Source: Blasia pusilla
Lineage: Eukaryota
NCBI GenBank assembly: GCA_050084515.1
Contig: CM114271.1
Span: 37,634,001 to 37,698,000 of the forward strand
DNA: 64,000 nucleotides
Reading direction: 5' to 3'
Numbering within the stretch: position 1 is the stretch's first letter; every line of letters begins with the position of its first letter. Below are positions 12,330 to 25,637 of the stretch, one piece after another. A model generated the notes under the pieces. It saw nothing but the letters and a program-made list of their open reading frames with translations. It had not been told where the DNA came from and did no database searches. The translations under genes were made by a program, and so were the position numbers.

Positions 12330-14440
12330 TATACGGTTGGGAAAAGTAATCAATTGGAGTGACTTAAAAACTTTGCAGGAAGCTTAGTCACATTAACATA
12401 ATCTAGTGTCCAAAATTTCAGATTCAAAAGTCCAAAAACTATACATCTAATTTCATTGAGACTTTGTAGGAAACTTAGTGACACTAAAATGATCAAGTGT
12501 TCAAAATTTTTTAGATCAAGAGCATGTATGTTGATAAGATGAAAGATGGAGAGACCCTATTTTTTCAAAGATGGTTTAATCGTGTAGGTCCAAAAACCAC
12601 CTTTTTTTGGGCTTTTGGTCACAACTCCATTTTCATTGAAACTTTTCCGGAAGCGTAATTATATTAAAATGATCACGGGTCAAAAATTTAAGATCAAGAT
12701 AAAGTACTTGGACAAGATGAAAAAAAAAAAACCCTCTTCCCATACATGGTTTAATCAAGGGAGATCCAAAAATCACTTTTTAATTTTTGGGATTTTGGTT
12801 ACAAAGTCCATTCTCATTGAAACTTTATATGAAGCTTAATCACACTAGAATGATCCAATGTCCAAAATTTCATATCAAGATCAAATACTTGAATAAAATG
12901 AAAACTATAAAATTCTTCTTTTCATACATAGTTTAATTAAATTGTCACGCCTGTTAGGATAGATCGATCGACGAGATCTAGTAGAGCGTCTTCGGAGATA
13001 CTGGAGGACACCCTCAAGAGATCAAGGATGACTGTTGAGGGCACGGGTAACCTGACAGAGCAGGTTTCCCCTTTGTTTCGGCTCATTTGGAGCCATATTG
13101 ACGAGCTAACTATTCCGAATAAATTACCATTTTGGTATTTTTGACTTTCCACTTTAAGAAGTGATCCTTGATCGGCTATAGCACGTCAAGAGCCAAGGAG
13201 GTGACCTGCAACCATACGTTACCGTGGAGAGAGCTTGGAAGAGGGAAGGGGGTATACTTCCAAGAGAGAGCTTGAGAGCTCATTCTCTCTTTGTTGAAGC
13301 TCATGGCATGAGGTGACGAAGCTATGGTCTTCCTTGCCTTGTGTGTGTAACCCAAACCTCTCATTAAGAGTACGTTTGGTTTGACATGAGAAGGAGAAAG
13401 AGATCATGCGTACAAAATTTTAGATAAAGATCAAGTACTTTGACAAGATGAAAAAAAGAAAAAACCCTCTTACGATACATGGTTTAATTAAGGAGGTCCA
13501 AAAATCAAAATTTAATTTTTGGGCTTTTGGTCACAAGTCCATTCTCATTAAAACTTTACATGAAGCTTAATTGCACTAGAATGATCCAGTGCCCAAAATT
13601 TCAGATGAAGATCAAATACTTGAACAAAATGGAAAGTAGAAAAAATCTTCTTTCCATACTTGGTTTAAACACATAGGTTCAAATACCACTTGTATAATTT
13701 TGGGCTTTTGGTCGCAACTCCATTTTCATTGAAACTTTGCAAGAAGCGTATTTATACTAGAATGATCAAGTATCCAAAATTTTAGATCAAGATCAATTAC
13801 TTGGACAAGATGAAAAATGGAAAGATCCTTTTTCCATAGATGGTTAAATCATGAAGGTCCAAAAATGACTTTTATATATTTTGGCTTTTGGTTAGGAATG
13901 CATTTTCATTGAAACTTTGGAGGAATCTTGGTCATATAAGAATGATCAAGTAGCCTAAATTTTAAGATCAAGAGCAAATACGTGGACAAGATGAATAAAG
14001 GAAAGACCCTCTTTCTAGAGAAGATTTAATCAAGAAGGTCCAAAAACCACCTATATATTTTTGGGATTTTGGTTAAAAGTCCATTTTCATTGAAACTTTG
14101 CAAGGAGCTAAGACAAACTTGAATTATCAAACATTATAAATTTCAAATCAAGATCAAATTCTTGGACAAAATTAAAAATAGTCACACTCTTTTTCCATAC
14201 ATGGTTTAAATCATGCGAGTGCAAAACCACTTGTAACTTTATGGGCTTTTGTTTATAACTCCATTTTCATTAAAACTTTGCAAGAAGATTATTTACACTA
14301 ATATGATCCAATGTCCCAAATGTGAGATTAATATAAAATACTTGGACAAGATGAAAAATAATTAGACCCCCTTTCCATAGAAGGTGAAATCGCAAGGGTC
14401 CAAAACCACTTATATATTTTTGGACATTTTGTGACAAGTA
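12330..14440 (+). repeat. Tandem array, 180-181-bp unit, about 9-10 copies, interrupted by an LTR fragment
   Basis: CATTTTCATT(G/A)AAACTTTG at 13721, 13901, 14082 and 14262. TTGGACAAGATGAAAAA-like motif once per unit. Reverse complement of the 10.65-11.72 kb unit. Confidence 0.9.
12943..13413 (+). mobile_element. Truncated Gypsy LTR, same family as 61461-62100
   Basis: Begins TGTCACGC. Shares GAGATCTAGTAGAGCGTC, GAGCAGGTTTCCCC and GAGAGAGCTTGAGAGCTCATTCTCTCTTTGTTGAA with the reverse complement of 61461-62100. The distal part is missing. Confidence 0.85.
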
Positions 14441-14441
14441 C

Positions 14442-16411
14442 ATGGAACTTTTTAAATGATTAAAATTGTGTTAGAAAATATGAATTTTTTAATAAAATAA
14501 TTAATAAAAGTTTAAGAAAATTTCAAAAGAGATCATAAAAATAGGGTAAGAATTAATTATGGTCCCTTTGTTGAATTTTAAAGTTATCTTTAAATTTTAA
14601 AAAAGATGTAGAGCTTAACATTCAAAAATTTGATAAATAAATATTTTATACCAATAATCATGAAACTCTAACTTAAATCTCTTAAAATTTCATATCTTCT
14701 TCCTTAGGAAATTAGGAAGAAACTAGTTAGACTTATGTTTTCAACCCCCATTTCTAAATTAATAAAATAAAATCTCTAATTTTGATCCGGCAATTTTTTA
14801 AAAACTTGGTTCAGAAGTCCCTCACAACCAAGCTTGAAAAAAAATATTTAAATAGAAATTAAAATTAAGTTTTTTTTGTTTTTTGCAGAATAATTAATTT
14901 TCCCCTTTGTATCGTTGCGACTTCTCATTTTTTCCAAGCTAATTGTAAGCTCCCCTGCAAACTCAACTTGAAACTAAAACTTTTAACAAATTTTTTGCCT
15001 AATTATCAAAAAATAATTTATTTTTTAATTGGAAAGATAAACTAAATATGAGGAGCCTTGAAAAAAAATTTGGTATTGATTTTTTCTTATAAAATATATT
15101 TAAATCTTTTTAATATAACTCCTTAACTCTCTTTTCTATTCCATTTTTAGCTTAGTATAGGGTTGAATTAAACAGAAATTAGAGAGATAGTTGAAAGGCT
15201 TCATATGTGGCACTGATTGGGGGCAAGGTTTCCCAAGAACAGACATGCCAAACCAATTGAAAATGCGGATTATTTTTTTGCATCTGAGTCGCCTGTGCGG
15301 GTTCATACCCGTGGGAACAAATACGGGTCGGGATGAAGAGAACAAGTGGCAATTGGGCCATGGACACAACTGTGGTCGGATGCGGGCTTGACTCGGGGAA
15401 GTAGCGGGTTTGGCGGTCTAGCAAGCGGGCCTCATGCAAGCCTAATGAATGTAACGTGGGCCTAGCAGGTAAATGGGCCAGACGCGGGCTAGTGGGCCTT
15501 GAGCTCATGCGAGGGCTCGGCGAGAATCGAGAGTCCCAAATTTCAGTTCAAGATGAAATCCTTGGGCAAGATGGAAAATGGAAAGACCCCATTTTTCCAG
15601 AAGGTTTAATAGGGAGGGATCAAAAACCACTTAAATATTTTTGGGTTTTTTTAACAAAACTCCTTTTTCATTGAAACTTTGCTGAAATTCTAGATACACC
15701 TAAAATCAATAGTCTCAAATTTCAGGTCGAGATGAAATACTTGATCAAGATGGAAATTGGAAGGATCCTATTTTGCTAGAAGGTTTAATCGGGAGGGTCC
15801 AAAAACCACTTAAATATTTTGGGTTTTGGTCTAAAGTCTATATTTCTTACAACTTTGGAGGTAGCATTGATACACATTAAGGAACAAGTGTCCCTAATTT
15901 TAATTTAGGATGCATTACTTGGACAAAATGGAAAATTGAGAGATCCTACTTTGCTAGAAGGTTTGATTGCCATGGTCCAAAAACCACTTAATTTTTTTTG
16001 GTTTTTGGTTGCAATTCCATTTTTCAATGGAAGTTTCCAAGTAAGTTAGATATACTTGGATGATGAAGTGGCCCAAATTTCATGTGAAGATCATATAATT
16101 AAATATGATGAATAATGTACATAATTTTTATTTATTTATTTCATATTTTGGGAATAATTAATAAAAGAGAGTAAGAGAGCGTGTCAAAAAAAAATCTTCA
16201 ATTTTTTTTTCAAAAGAAATTATATTTTTAATGTTAAAGTAAATTCTTTATTGGGAAATTTCAATCATTTTTTTAATGATTTATAAATCACGGGAAGAAT
16301 TAATTCTTACCTTATTTTTATGATTTTTTTGCAATTTTTTCTTAACCTTTTGAGGATTCCATTATTTATTTGAAACCTACTTTCCATTTTTAGTAATTTT
16401 TAAAGGTCCAT
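14442..16411. repeat. Imperfect ~115-bp inverted repeats (14442-14558 and 16298-16411)
   Basis: ATCATAAAAATAGGGTAAGAATTAATT versus AATTAATTCTTACCTTATTTTTATGAT. Outer ends ATGGAACTTTTTAAA versus TTTTAAAGGTCCAT. Confidence 0.7.
15535..16110 (+). repeat. Third block of the ~180-bp repeat (about 3 units)
   Basis: CAAGATGGAAA...AGAAGGTTTAAT...CAAAAACCACTTAA recurs at ~15565, 15745 and 15921. Confidence 0.85.
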
Positions 16412-17765
16412 TAGGGGGTCATACTTATTTCTTACTAGTGTTTATTATATTATAATCTTTCAATTTATGAATAAAATTTTCATCTTTCATGTCTAAAAGA
16501 TTGATGATCAAATTTTATTTTTAATTATTGGAGTATTTTTTAAGGATATTTGGCCAAAAATATGATGATTGGTTTAGGTGCCAATTTTTGGAAAATCATA
16601 CAATGAATCATCCCATTTAATATTAATTCACCAATTCTCCTTGTATTATCTCATAATTTTATTTCAAGTAAATTAATATTGAAATATATTTTCAACCATA
16701 TACGTACAATATGAGCTTCCCAATTAATTATTTTATTTTAGAATATTATAATTATTTGAACCTTCCCCTTGTATTAGTTTTTAGTTTAGTATAGTTTTTA
16801 GTCCAAAATAGGCTTTGTAGACAATAATTATTTTTTCAAATAAGAAATTATATCCCCTAATGAAATGTAAATTCAAAATGTTCTAAAATATGAAAATATA
16901 TTTAGAAACGATACTAAGTAAAATTATAATTTTTTTAATCAAACAAACCTTTCCCTTATCGTATTTTCCACCTTACCCAAGCATAACCCTAGAGAAAGCT
17001 TAGAGACATTTCATGAACTCACTTCATGGACAAATTTTATAAGTAGGTCTCATTCATAGGCCTTCCAAGTTAGCTCACACCCATAATAGTAGGAATCAAT
17101 GAAGAATGAAATTGAAACTCCATATCATCTTCCAACTCGAAATCACCATCCATAGAACTTCATGCAGAAACATGCACTCAACTTTATCCAAGGGGTGCAA
17201 TATTTGTCCATGAGATTGTAGAAAGAAGCCAATTTCAATAAAAAATTTAAACATTTTTTACAAAAATAGGTAGTACCCAACGATATGTGGATTGAGAGGA
17301 ACCTCATACTTATATACATTATAGAGATATGAGCACAAACTCATCCTATCTAATCGGATTTATCATCAGATATATGTAATATCGGTTCACACGTCTCGCG
17401 AACTCTTCCCGTATCTCTAGTCATGCCCCCCTCCCTCCTCCACGAGAATAGTCCTCTCCAACTCAACATTGGCTCTACTAGCATGTGTGTTGTGTTGGAA
17501 ACATCTCCCAACCTCTCTCAAGGAATCCAATGAATTCTTCTTGCATTGAAGAAGGGTAATCATATGTTGGAGGATATCCCCCTTCCATCCTTTAAGAAAC
17601 GTCTTGCCATAAGAAAGATAGCAAGATTAATTTGAATCTCCTCAAGACAAGATCATCCACCAATGGATTTCGATGATCGCTTAGAAAAAAAATTTGAGTT
17701 CTATTGAGGGCATCCTAGACTACTTGTGGATTCAACCCTTGTGCAAAGAAGAAGTTCTCTGCCTT

Positions 17766-19143
17766 TTAATTTTGGAGGTCTATGGCAATCCTATGAACAA
17801 GATCTCCTCGATCATACATGTCAATGAAGCGGATGAGCCACGATCTCATCGCCCGATCAATTCTTTGTTGACATGGGATTTCTCCTTGAGCCATCCCATC
17901 TACGTTCACTTTGAGGTCATAATTGGATTGGGGGCTACGATGTCCCAAATTGAAAGTGAAGTTTTTTTGCTCTTGGGATTACTTGCAATTCAAAGCGAGT
18001 GCATTACTATCGGGCGCACGAAAAGATATGCCAAAAAGGTGATATAGTCTTCCTAACCAAGGTTTTCTACAAGTTGGACACATGTGTGATAGTAATATGG
18101 CCTTTTGAAGACAATATGGATGCCAAGCTTTACATGTGTCTATCACGTAGCAACCTTCTGCAAAAATGGGATTGAAGCAAATCATGCGATTCAGCCAATT
18201 ATTTGGCGTGAGGATCCCTCCTTCAACTATGGCAAGTGCCTTCATTCAATTAAGCACATCTTATTTTTGTGTGCTTGGATTGAGAGGCGTTGGTGCTAAA
18301 ATCACATAAGCATAGTTGGTAGCGTTTGGATCCACTACATTGTGACATTGTCCCATACTGCGTATAGAGCAGGTAGCCACAACTTCTTGAGAGGTTGAAA
18401 TAAGATCATATCAATCTCTTTCAAGAGATGACCCTTGTGTAGAGTTGTCTTAGGTGTGAGTTCTCCCACGTTGCCCCTTGCTCTCTATCGTAGAAGTTCA
18501 TCCATTTCTTGCTTTCATCTTGCCATGATGGATTCGTATGCCCTCCTCTGGACCATTGCTCCATATGGTCTACCATTACAACTCTTTATTTTTTATGTAA
18601 TTTATCTTTGGCAATTGACTCATTCACATTCCTCTCCATCTCTCTCTTAAGTCTTTTGTGCTCCTCAAAAACTTTTTGGTGCTTCCCCTTTAAAATGTTG
18701 AATTCAGCTTCCAAATCATAAGTGCGTTGGAAATTCTTTACTGAACTCTCAAATTCTGATAGTTGAGAAATAACCTTGCTATTTACCAAAGAAATTTACC
18801 AAAGCACTCTCCCCACAAAAGGTTGTGGAAACATCACCGCGATATACAAGGCGATCAAAAATCTCTCCAAGCCCATCAAAACTCATATTACAACCTATAT
18901 AGAGGTCAATCAAAACACCTCTTACGTCCTCAAAAGTATCCTTCCCCAATGGGACTAGCCCTTGATTTTTATTCTGTCATGTATCTCCTCTTGGTTAATG
19001 GATTTCTTCCGTCTCCATCCATCCAAAGAAGATAGTAGGCCTCTAAAGCTTATTAGCAATCTTGGTGTATCGTGGGGTTCTTCCCCTCTTCCTTCATCCT
19101 CTACGTCATGAGGACTACAATCTTCATGAGGCGGAAATTCCAT
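17766..19143 (-). pseudogene. Decayed gene with coiled-coil and RING-finger-like segments
   Basis: ICFNPIFAEGCYVIDTCKAWHPYC...MCPTCRKP (17979-18245) fits RING ligand spacing with losses. Coiled-coil-like peptide at 18586-18789. Multiple stops. Confidence 0.55.
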
Positions 19144-19456
19144 CTTTAACTTGTCTTCTAGAAAAATCCGAAAGCAAAAAGTCATTACAAAAATATTCAA
19201 TAATAGTGAAATGATGACACATAATACATCCATGTATCATACATCCCTGATCATTTACAATCATTCAAAATCATACATTCATATTAATCAATCATGTCTT
19301 ACATTCCTGGTGAAAAATATACAATCCTCAAACGGATTTATAATCACACTATGGTGGTAACAAAAATCCCATTTCCATACATTCCATGAGCATATATACT
19401 TGGTCTTAATTCCGAATCCATATTGTCTAAACCTAATATTTTGAATTTTCTTTGAT

Positions 19457-20200
19457 TTACACAATAATATACTCTAGGACTTTGTGATCAGAGGGGTTTG
19501 GAGCTAATTCCAACTTTTGAATCCTTTCCAAATAAGTCCATCTAACATTTGCAAGGCATCCTTGATAGCATGATTTTGTCACATAGTTCAAATTTTTCAC
19601 AATCATTCTTATGACATAGATTTCTGTGACTATGCCAAAAGGAAGATACTTAGGCCCTATTGTCAACTCCGGTACTATGTGCCCAACATGCTTTTTTTTT
19701 TCATTGGGCCACTATCTCTAAGACGAGACTAAGCACTTATCATCCCATAAAGCATTTCCACAATCTCCAACCTTGATGTATTGCTCAGAGTTGATACCAA
19801 AATGGATGATGATTTTCCCACCATGAAGTTCGGTATGAAAAACTCCTCGCTTGTGAACAGTCTCCTTGGTAACAAGCAAGGCAACCGCAAGTTGGATGAT
19901 ATTTGATGTCATCACAAGACATGTGATCTTCTGAAAATCTCCTAAACTCTCCCCTCCATACTTTAAGATATGGCATGCTTGCATCCAATTTTCAAAGTGC
20001 CCACCATTCCAATATGGATAGATGGCACGCGGTAGATCCTCAATCAACCTTCCTAAAATGGGAATCATCCCTCAATGTAAAATAGTAGCAATCATCTCCT
20101 CATGCATCATTGATTGTCTTGAATATAGCCAAGATGCTTCCTTAAACATCTTCATGCAATGAGGCCTAATCCGAAACAAATCATACTCTCAAAGAAAAGA
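19457..20200 (-). pseudogene. Decayed protein-kinase-like gene
   Basis: YPYWNGG hinge, VHKRGVFHTELHGGKIII (HxDLHxxN-like), IKVGDCG (DFG position), HIVPEL (APE position) and TEIY (D-x-Y position) occur in kinase subdomain order. Confidence 0.65.
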
Positions 20201-20221
20201 GGAGGAACATATGAAGGAAAT

Positions 20222-21217
20222 TGTCGCGACCCTCATGACCAAACAAGTGCCAAGCGGAACATCGGAACATTAGCGGACTCACGCTAAGATGGTTTGCGCG
20301 TTGGAGTTGTCTCAAAGAGGAGACAAGAGACGAGACGCGAGCAAGGAATCGCGTTTTAGGTGTTATGGTCGCGACTGAGAAACCTGGACCAAACGCGGAA
20401 TGAGACTTGAAAGAAGTTGAGTCTAGGAAGTGGGTTGCCAAAGGAAAGATCCGGATTTGGAACGCCACTAGCGTTTGAGAGTTTCCGACTGTATTTATGG
20501 CCATAACTTTTAGCGCCAAGATGCGTTTGAAACAAATAAGAGAGCGTTGGAAAGCTTATGGAGAGCTGGTTCAAACGCACAAAAGATTGCTGCAAACGCA
20601 TAAGCAACGGCCGAGATACAACCCGAAAACGACTGCAAGTGGAGTCGGGTTGAGGGCCACAATGAAGGGCCGACCCTCTTTTCCCAAAGGGGAGGGGTTA
20701 TTGGAGAACCCCAGAAGTACTAGAAAGGGGGAAGGTCTCTGAGAGTGCTTGGAACCCAAACCCCACTATGGGCGCCGCGGGGCGGCTCAAGGGCATGGAA
20801 CGGAACGTGAGTTCGGGCGTTGGGTTGGAAAACCTGCACCAAGTCCATTGAGGCGATTTTAGACATCCCTCTTGGATTTCACACCGCGACTCAATTACTT
20901 GGGTCTCGGTTCGGAACTCACCCGAGGACCGTTGAACAGTTGGGATCGCTAGGCGCGCAAGTGCCGTTTCAGATCCCTGGACTAACCAGGAAGTCTGTTC
21001 CAAGTCTTGAAGGACTTGCCATGTGGTGGAAGCTAGGAACTAAGGAAGGTTGATGAGACGCCGAGTTGAGGACTCGGTGGGTTGGAACGCCGGTTGGCCC
21101 AGACCCGACTAACGAGAGTGCGTGTTTGGGTGCAGATCGGCGATGAGTTCGTGACCTACTGAACGCACGCTTCCGCAACACTAAAGATTGACGTTCAAGG
21201 AGAGTAGGGGCGCGACA
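20222..21217 (+). mobile_element. Solo LTR, 996 bp, with perfect 5-bp TSD
   Basis: TGTCGCG...CGCGACA termini. GAAAT at both 20217-20221 and 21218-21222. The proximal part aligns with 51775-52252 (minus). Confidence 0.92.
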
Positions 21218-23399
21218 GAAATGGTGAAAATGTGGGTTATTTAGGGCTTAATACCCTAATTATGAGCATTTTGGGCCCCTCTTATGGGCCCTTTACTTAT
21301 GGGTTTTACATTTGTGCCCATTTTAGGGTTACGAAATGAGTTCACACTTAGCCTCAACCAGTGACCGACCGCTACGTGTCCTTGCAAGATTTGTGGGATG
21401 TCAGCCCAGTGTAGGCATGGAGGACAAGTTGCAGAGTGCCATGTGGCAACCTCTAATTGGCTAATGGGATGAAGGCTAGGCATAGGGCCTTGAGCTCACA
21501 TGCAGGCTAGGCTCAGGCCACCATCGCACGTCTTGGCTCGCGTGCAGGCTAGGTAGGGGTCTCCAACAAGCATGTTGCCAAGTCTTGTGGGCTTGATATG
21601 GATTGGATGCGACAAATGGGAGCAGTCGAGCATGCGGGCCCAACGTGGGCTCAACTTGTCTACGATGCAAGACCCAATAGGTCTAACGTGGGCTACAAAT
21701 CAAGCAACAAAAATGGGTGTCGGGTTGATGGGATGAGGTGCAGGCTATGGGAGGCGCCCGCCGGGGGTACCCAGGCACCGTGGCGTGCATCCGAGCCTAT
21801 ACGAACATGTTTGTCCTCGAGACAGACATAAGTCTGCGTGCAACCTTCATTGGGAGCTTCTTAACTTGAGGTAATGTCCATAATAATATGATCTCATGGG
21901 CTTTATAATGAATTTATGAAGAATTTTTAATTTCAATAAAGGAGGGGAAAACATAAAATAAAGGTCACAAAATAAGGCTAAGAGGAAAATAGATAGAAGT
22001 TATTTTTTAAAAAGAGAAGACTTATAAGATTTTTTTTTTTCAATTGGGGAGGGTAAAAGAGATTATATTGAAAGGGATTCATTTTCAACAACTGTTGTCT
22101 TTTAAAAAAAGGTTTTTCATTTTCAATAAAACAATGGAGGAAAATTAAGTGTTCAATTGTCAATAAGAGAGGGAAGGAGCAATGGGGAATTTAAAATAAG
22201 GAGGGATAAGAGAGAAAGTTATAAATGCTTGAAGGCTTGACAAAAGATTTCTTTTAGGAATTTCATCAATACTCCTTTGCTTGGTAAACTTTTTGTCACT
22301 CTGAATTTTTGTTGTGCCACAAGTCCTAGGCTTCTTAAGGAATTTATGAAGAGAGATTTAAATGTTCATGAAGGAGTGAAGGATAGAAAGGAAAATTTTA
22401 TCAAATGAGAGGAAGGACAAAAAGAAGAGGGGATAATGTTTTAATGAAAGAAGACTTCATAAGATTTGTTTCAAGAATGTGATTTTCAATAGGAAATTTG
22501 AAGGAAGATAATATTGAATTCTCAATAAAGTATGAAAAAAAGAAAGGGATAGCTTTTCAACAAGGACTATATTTTTCCTATTTTAAATTTCTTTTATGAA
22601 GGGTGGTGACTCTTTTCTAAAGGTGTTCTCTCTACGTACCACGAGTACCACCTTTCACACCAATTCTTAAAAATATTTCTTTACTCTAAGCATAGAAGAG
22701 GACACAAAAAAGAAGACATACGATAAGGTTCTTAAAATTTTTTTTAAAGGATTTTTTAATAATTTAAAAAAATAAATTAATTTCCTTAAAAAATCCCAAT
22801 TTTCCTCATTTCCAGAATAAACTTTTTTAAGTAGGGAAATTTTTAATCTATTTAAAAATAGTGGGTAAAAATGAGGAAGAAGACTATATAGAAGAATGGT
22901 GGGACAATAAGTGTTCTTTAAAAAGACAAAAGCCATTTATTTTATAAATTCAATTCATTCATAAATTTTTTACTATTTTTTTTGTTAATTTTTAGTTTAA
23001 GATATGAAGATAATATCAAGAGTACTTTTATCATAACACATCTATTTTTCTACATTTTGAGATTTAATTAGATCTTTTTTTTTTAAATGACTTAATAAAT
23101 TATCCTAAATTTTTCACTAATTCTTGTTTGCATAATCTTTTCAATGAATTATTTATTTTTGAAAACTATTTGAATGAAAATTTTCATAATTTAGTAATTT
23201 CTTGTGCATTAGTTATTAAACTAATGCACAAGAAGTTATTAAACTAGTGCTCAATCATGTAAGTCTTTTAGTTTAGCTCAAGAATCATGGCAAGTTAAGA
23301 AAAGCAGAATGTCTTAATATTGATGCAAAGAGGGTGTAATTTAAAAGATGTCTTTAAGCGGACTAGGCTATGTAGGCATAGAATGGACTAATTGTTACA

Positions 23400-24420
23400 T
23401 TCTATAGAGTACGGGTCTATGCGGAATTTAAAATCAACGAGCTAAAGAGGTGGATTAAGCACATATACTTAACAAAGCGAAACTTGAACTCGATTCCATA
23501 TATAATGTCATGCATGGATATGGACTTGGCCTATGTGAACCATGTATAATTTTGTCTTCAATTTCTGCTCTTTAAAAATAGTATGATATGTGCACATAAC
23601 ATTCTCTAATCGTCAAACGAGATAATTTTTCATCCTAGTGACATCCAAGAAATTGGCAAGATATAATGTTATACTTATGACCGCTTAGTTTGGACTTGTA
23701 ATGATTTCATATGACTTGAGCCATCAATGTGATGCCATATAAATACGAGCAAAGAAATTTTTTTATCCTTAGTGCAGAATTGAGTAAATATATAATAGCA
23801 TATATAAAGATGTCTTCTACCAAGTGCAATGCCCATATGGCAGGGAGAATGTCAAATAGAATAAGTTGTGTTTCTATGTGATGTATTACCAACATTAGGA
23901 AGTGACAAATTTTAAGCTCATATCGTGGGAATATACATTTCTAACCATGTAAATTAGTTGTTAGCAATAAAAATCTTAGATCCATTGATCCTATGAATCC
24001 TAGAACATTTTTACATGAAGGATTGGATACACCTTAATAAATGTTTCTCTTTAAGACATAAATATTATCTTTCAGTCTTTACCTATGAATTTTGTATAGG
24101 GCAATAGCTTCCAATGTTATTGCACTACTTTCACTTCTAATGTGGCCTATATACTTACATGCATATATGCACGTCATGCTTACAATAAAGAGATTGAATA
24201 AATACACAACAAAGTCAAATATTTGATCTCAATATTACTCCTAGCCCACTCTTAGCTGAAAAGAATCCATGCTTAAGATACTAGCGTTGCCAAGTTTCAA
24301 TGTATCACAAATACCACTCTATAGGTTTGATATCTAAAGACAGAATTCAAATTAAGGCTCAATTGGGGCATATTCCCTCTATCTTGGGAAAATCCATGGT
24401 AACATATCTGCACAAATTAC
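23400..24420 (+). pseudogene. Possible highly decayed transposase remnant (Plavaka/CACTA-like)
   Basis: Only short motif-like peptides (VMHGYGLGL ~23505, PKFQC ~24290) across many stops. Lies upstream of the TnpA-like remnant. Confidence 0.25.
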
Positions 24421-24539
24421 CCACCCATACAATATCACAAAGGAATTAGAGTACACAATATACTCTTTCATTATAATCTCTCCGAAAAAGACAATCTCAT
24501 AACATACGAATAGGATCTTAAGATATAATTCAAGTGCAG

Positions 24540-25210
24540 GCTTTTTGCAAGAAATCTTATGCAGGGCTAAAACCATCTCACGTGGACAAGCCTGATTGGG
24601 TTAGATGGAATTGGTACTACAATTTTGACTATGGTCAAGAGGACATCCACCCAAGGTATTTAGAAGAGAATACTGCTCATCTATGTGAGTTAAGGGTATT
24701 ATGGTGCATACTTTTTGTAAGTGAATCAAGAATCTTGGACTTTCTAATGCTCATTGAATTTGTTTACTTATTATCTATACAACATAGATGCAATCCCGGA
24801 CTTTATAGGGAAACACCAAGATAAGACACCGTAGAGACGTAATTTGGACCAATGGAGGTGGAAAATGAGGATGTTGGCCAAAAGCAAATAGTAGTGAGGA
24901 AATCTACACTTAGGAAGAGGACTCGAGAGGCATCCAATATATGGGTAAAATCTGTGATGCCTCCGCTCCAGCAGTTCATGTCATGTGAGAATCCATTTAT
25001 GATTGTAGATGATGGTAGATTGCGTGATGTTTGTCCTATCTTCCATGGATTAGAGATTCTAGATGAGTATTCTATCCTCCACTTAACACAAGTATGCAAG
25101 AAAAGATGTGTGTTTCCTTTTCCAAATGTGGTAGACCGTCCATCCAAGATTTTTGTAGGAGTTGCCTTTGATAGTTTAGTCTTATGGCCATCCTGGCTTA
25201 TTTTTCCTTC
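24540..25210 (+). pseudogene. CACTA TnpA-like C-terminal domain remnant
   Basis: FHGLEI...PFPNVVDRPSKIFVGVAFDSLVLWPS aligns by eye with FHAKDI...WMPNLIDEPPQETFGDALGSSMLWPE at 34495-34728. ATGACT/AGTCAT motifs follow at 25360-25630. Confidence 0.6.
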
Positions 25211-25637
25211 TAAAAAATTGATGATGATTGTTTCAATTTGGACTTTGCCTATCCGATTCAGTTTTTACTTTGCCCTATTTTTAATGCATGCCTCTATTTT
25301 TAATGGAAAACATCATTTAGTTTGTACATGTGGTAGCTTTGGACATGTGGCAAGCACTTGGATATGACTTATATTTTTTAGCTTTAGACATGCAACAAAC
25401 TTTTGTGACATGATCGTGAAATTATGTTGTAGTAGGTGTGAGTTGGTTTAGACTGTCGCATTTTAGATGACTAGTGTAGCATTAGGACTTTTGTTATTGC
25501 AAAATGGTTTTTCATGCTCCTTGTTGGATGTAGGATAAGTACAGACATGAGGGTATGTAGTATTTATAAATCATGTAGTCGACCAAGGGGTAGGAAGGAG
25601 ACATTAAAATCTAGTGATAGTCATGGATACATAATAG

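Noticed and set aside
20181-21831. Several overlapping ORFs
   Set aside because: They fall within a GC-rich solo LTR and adjacent repeat DNA and show no domain signatures.
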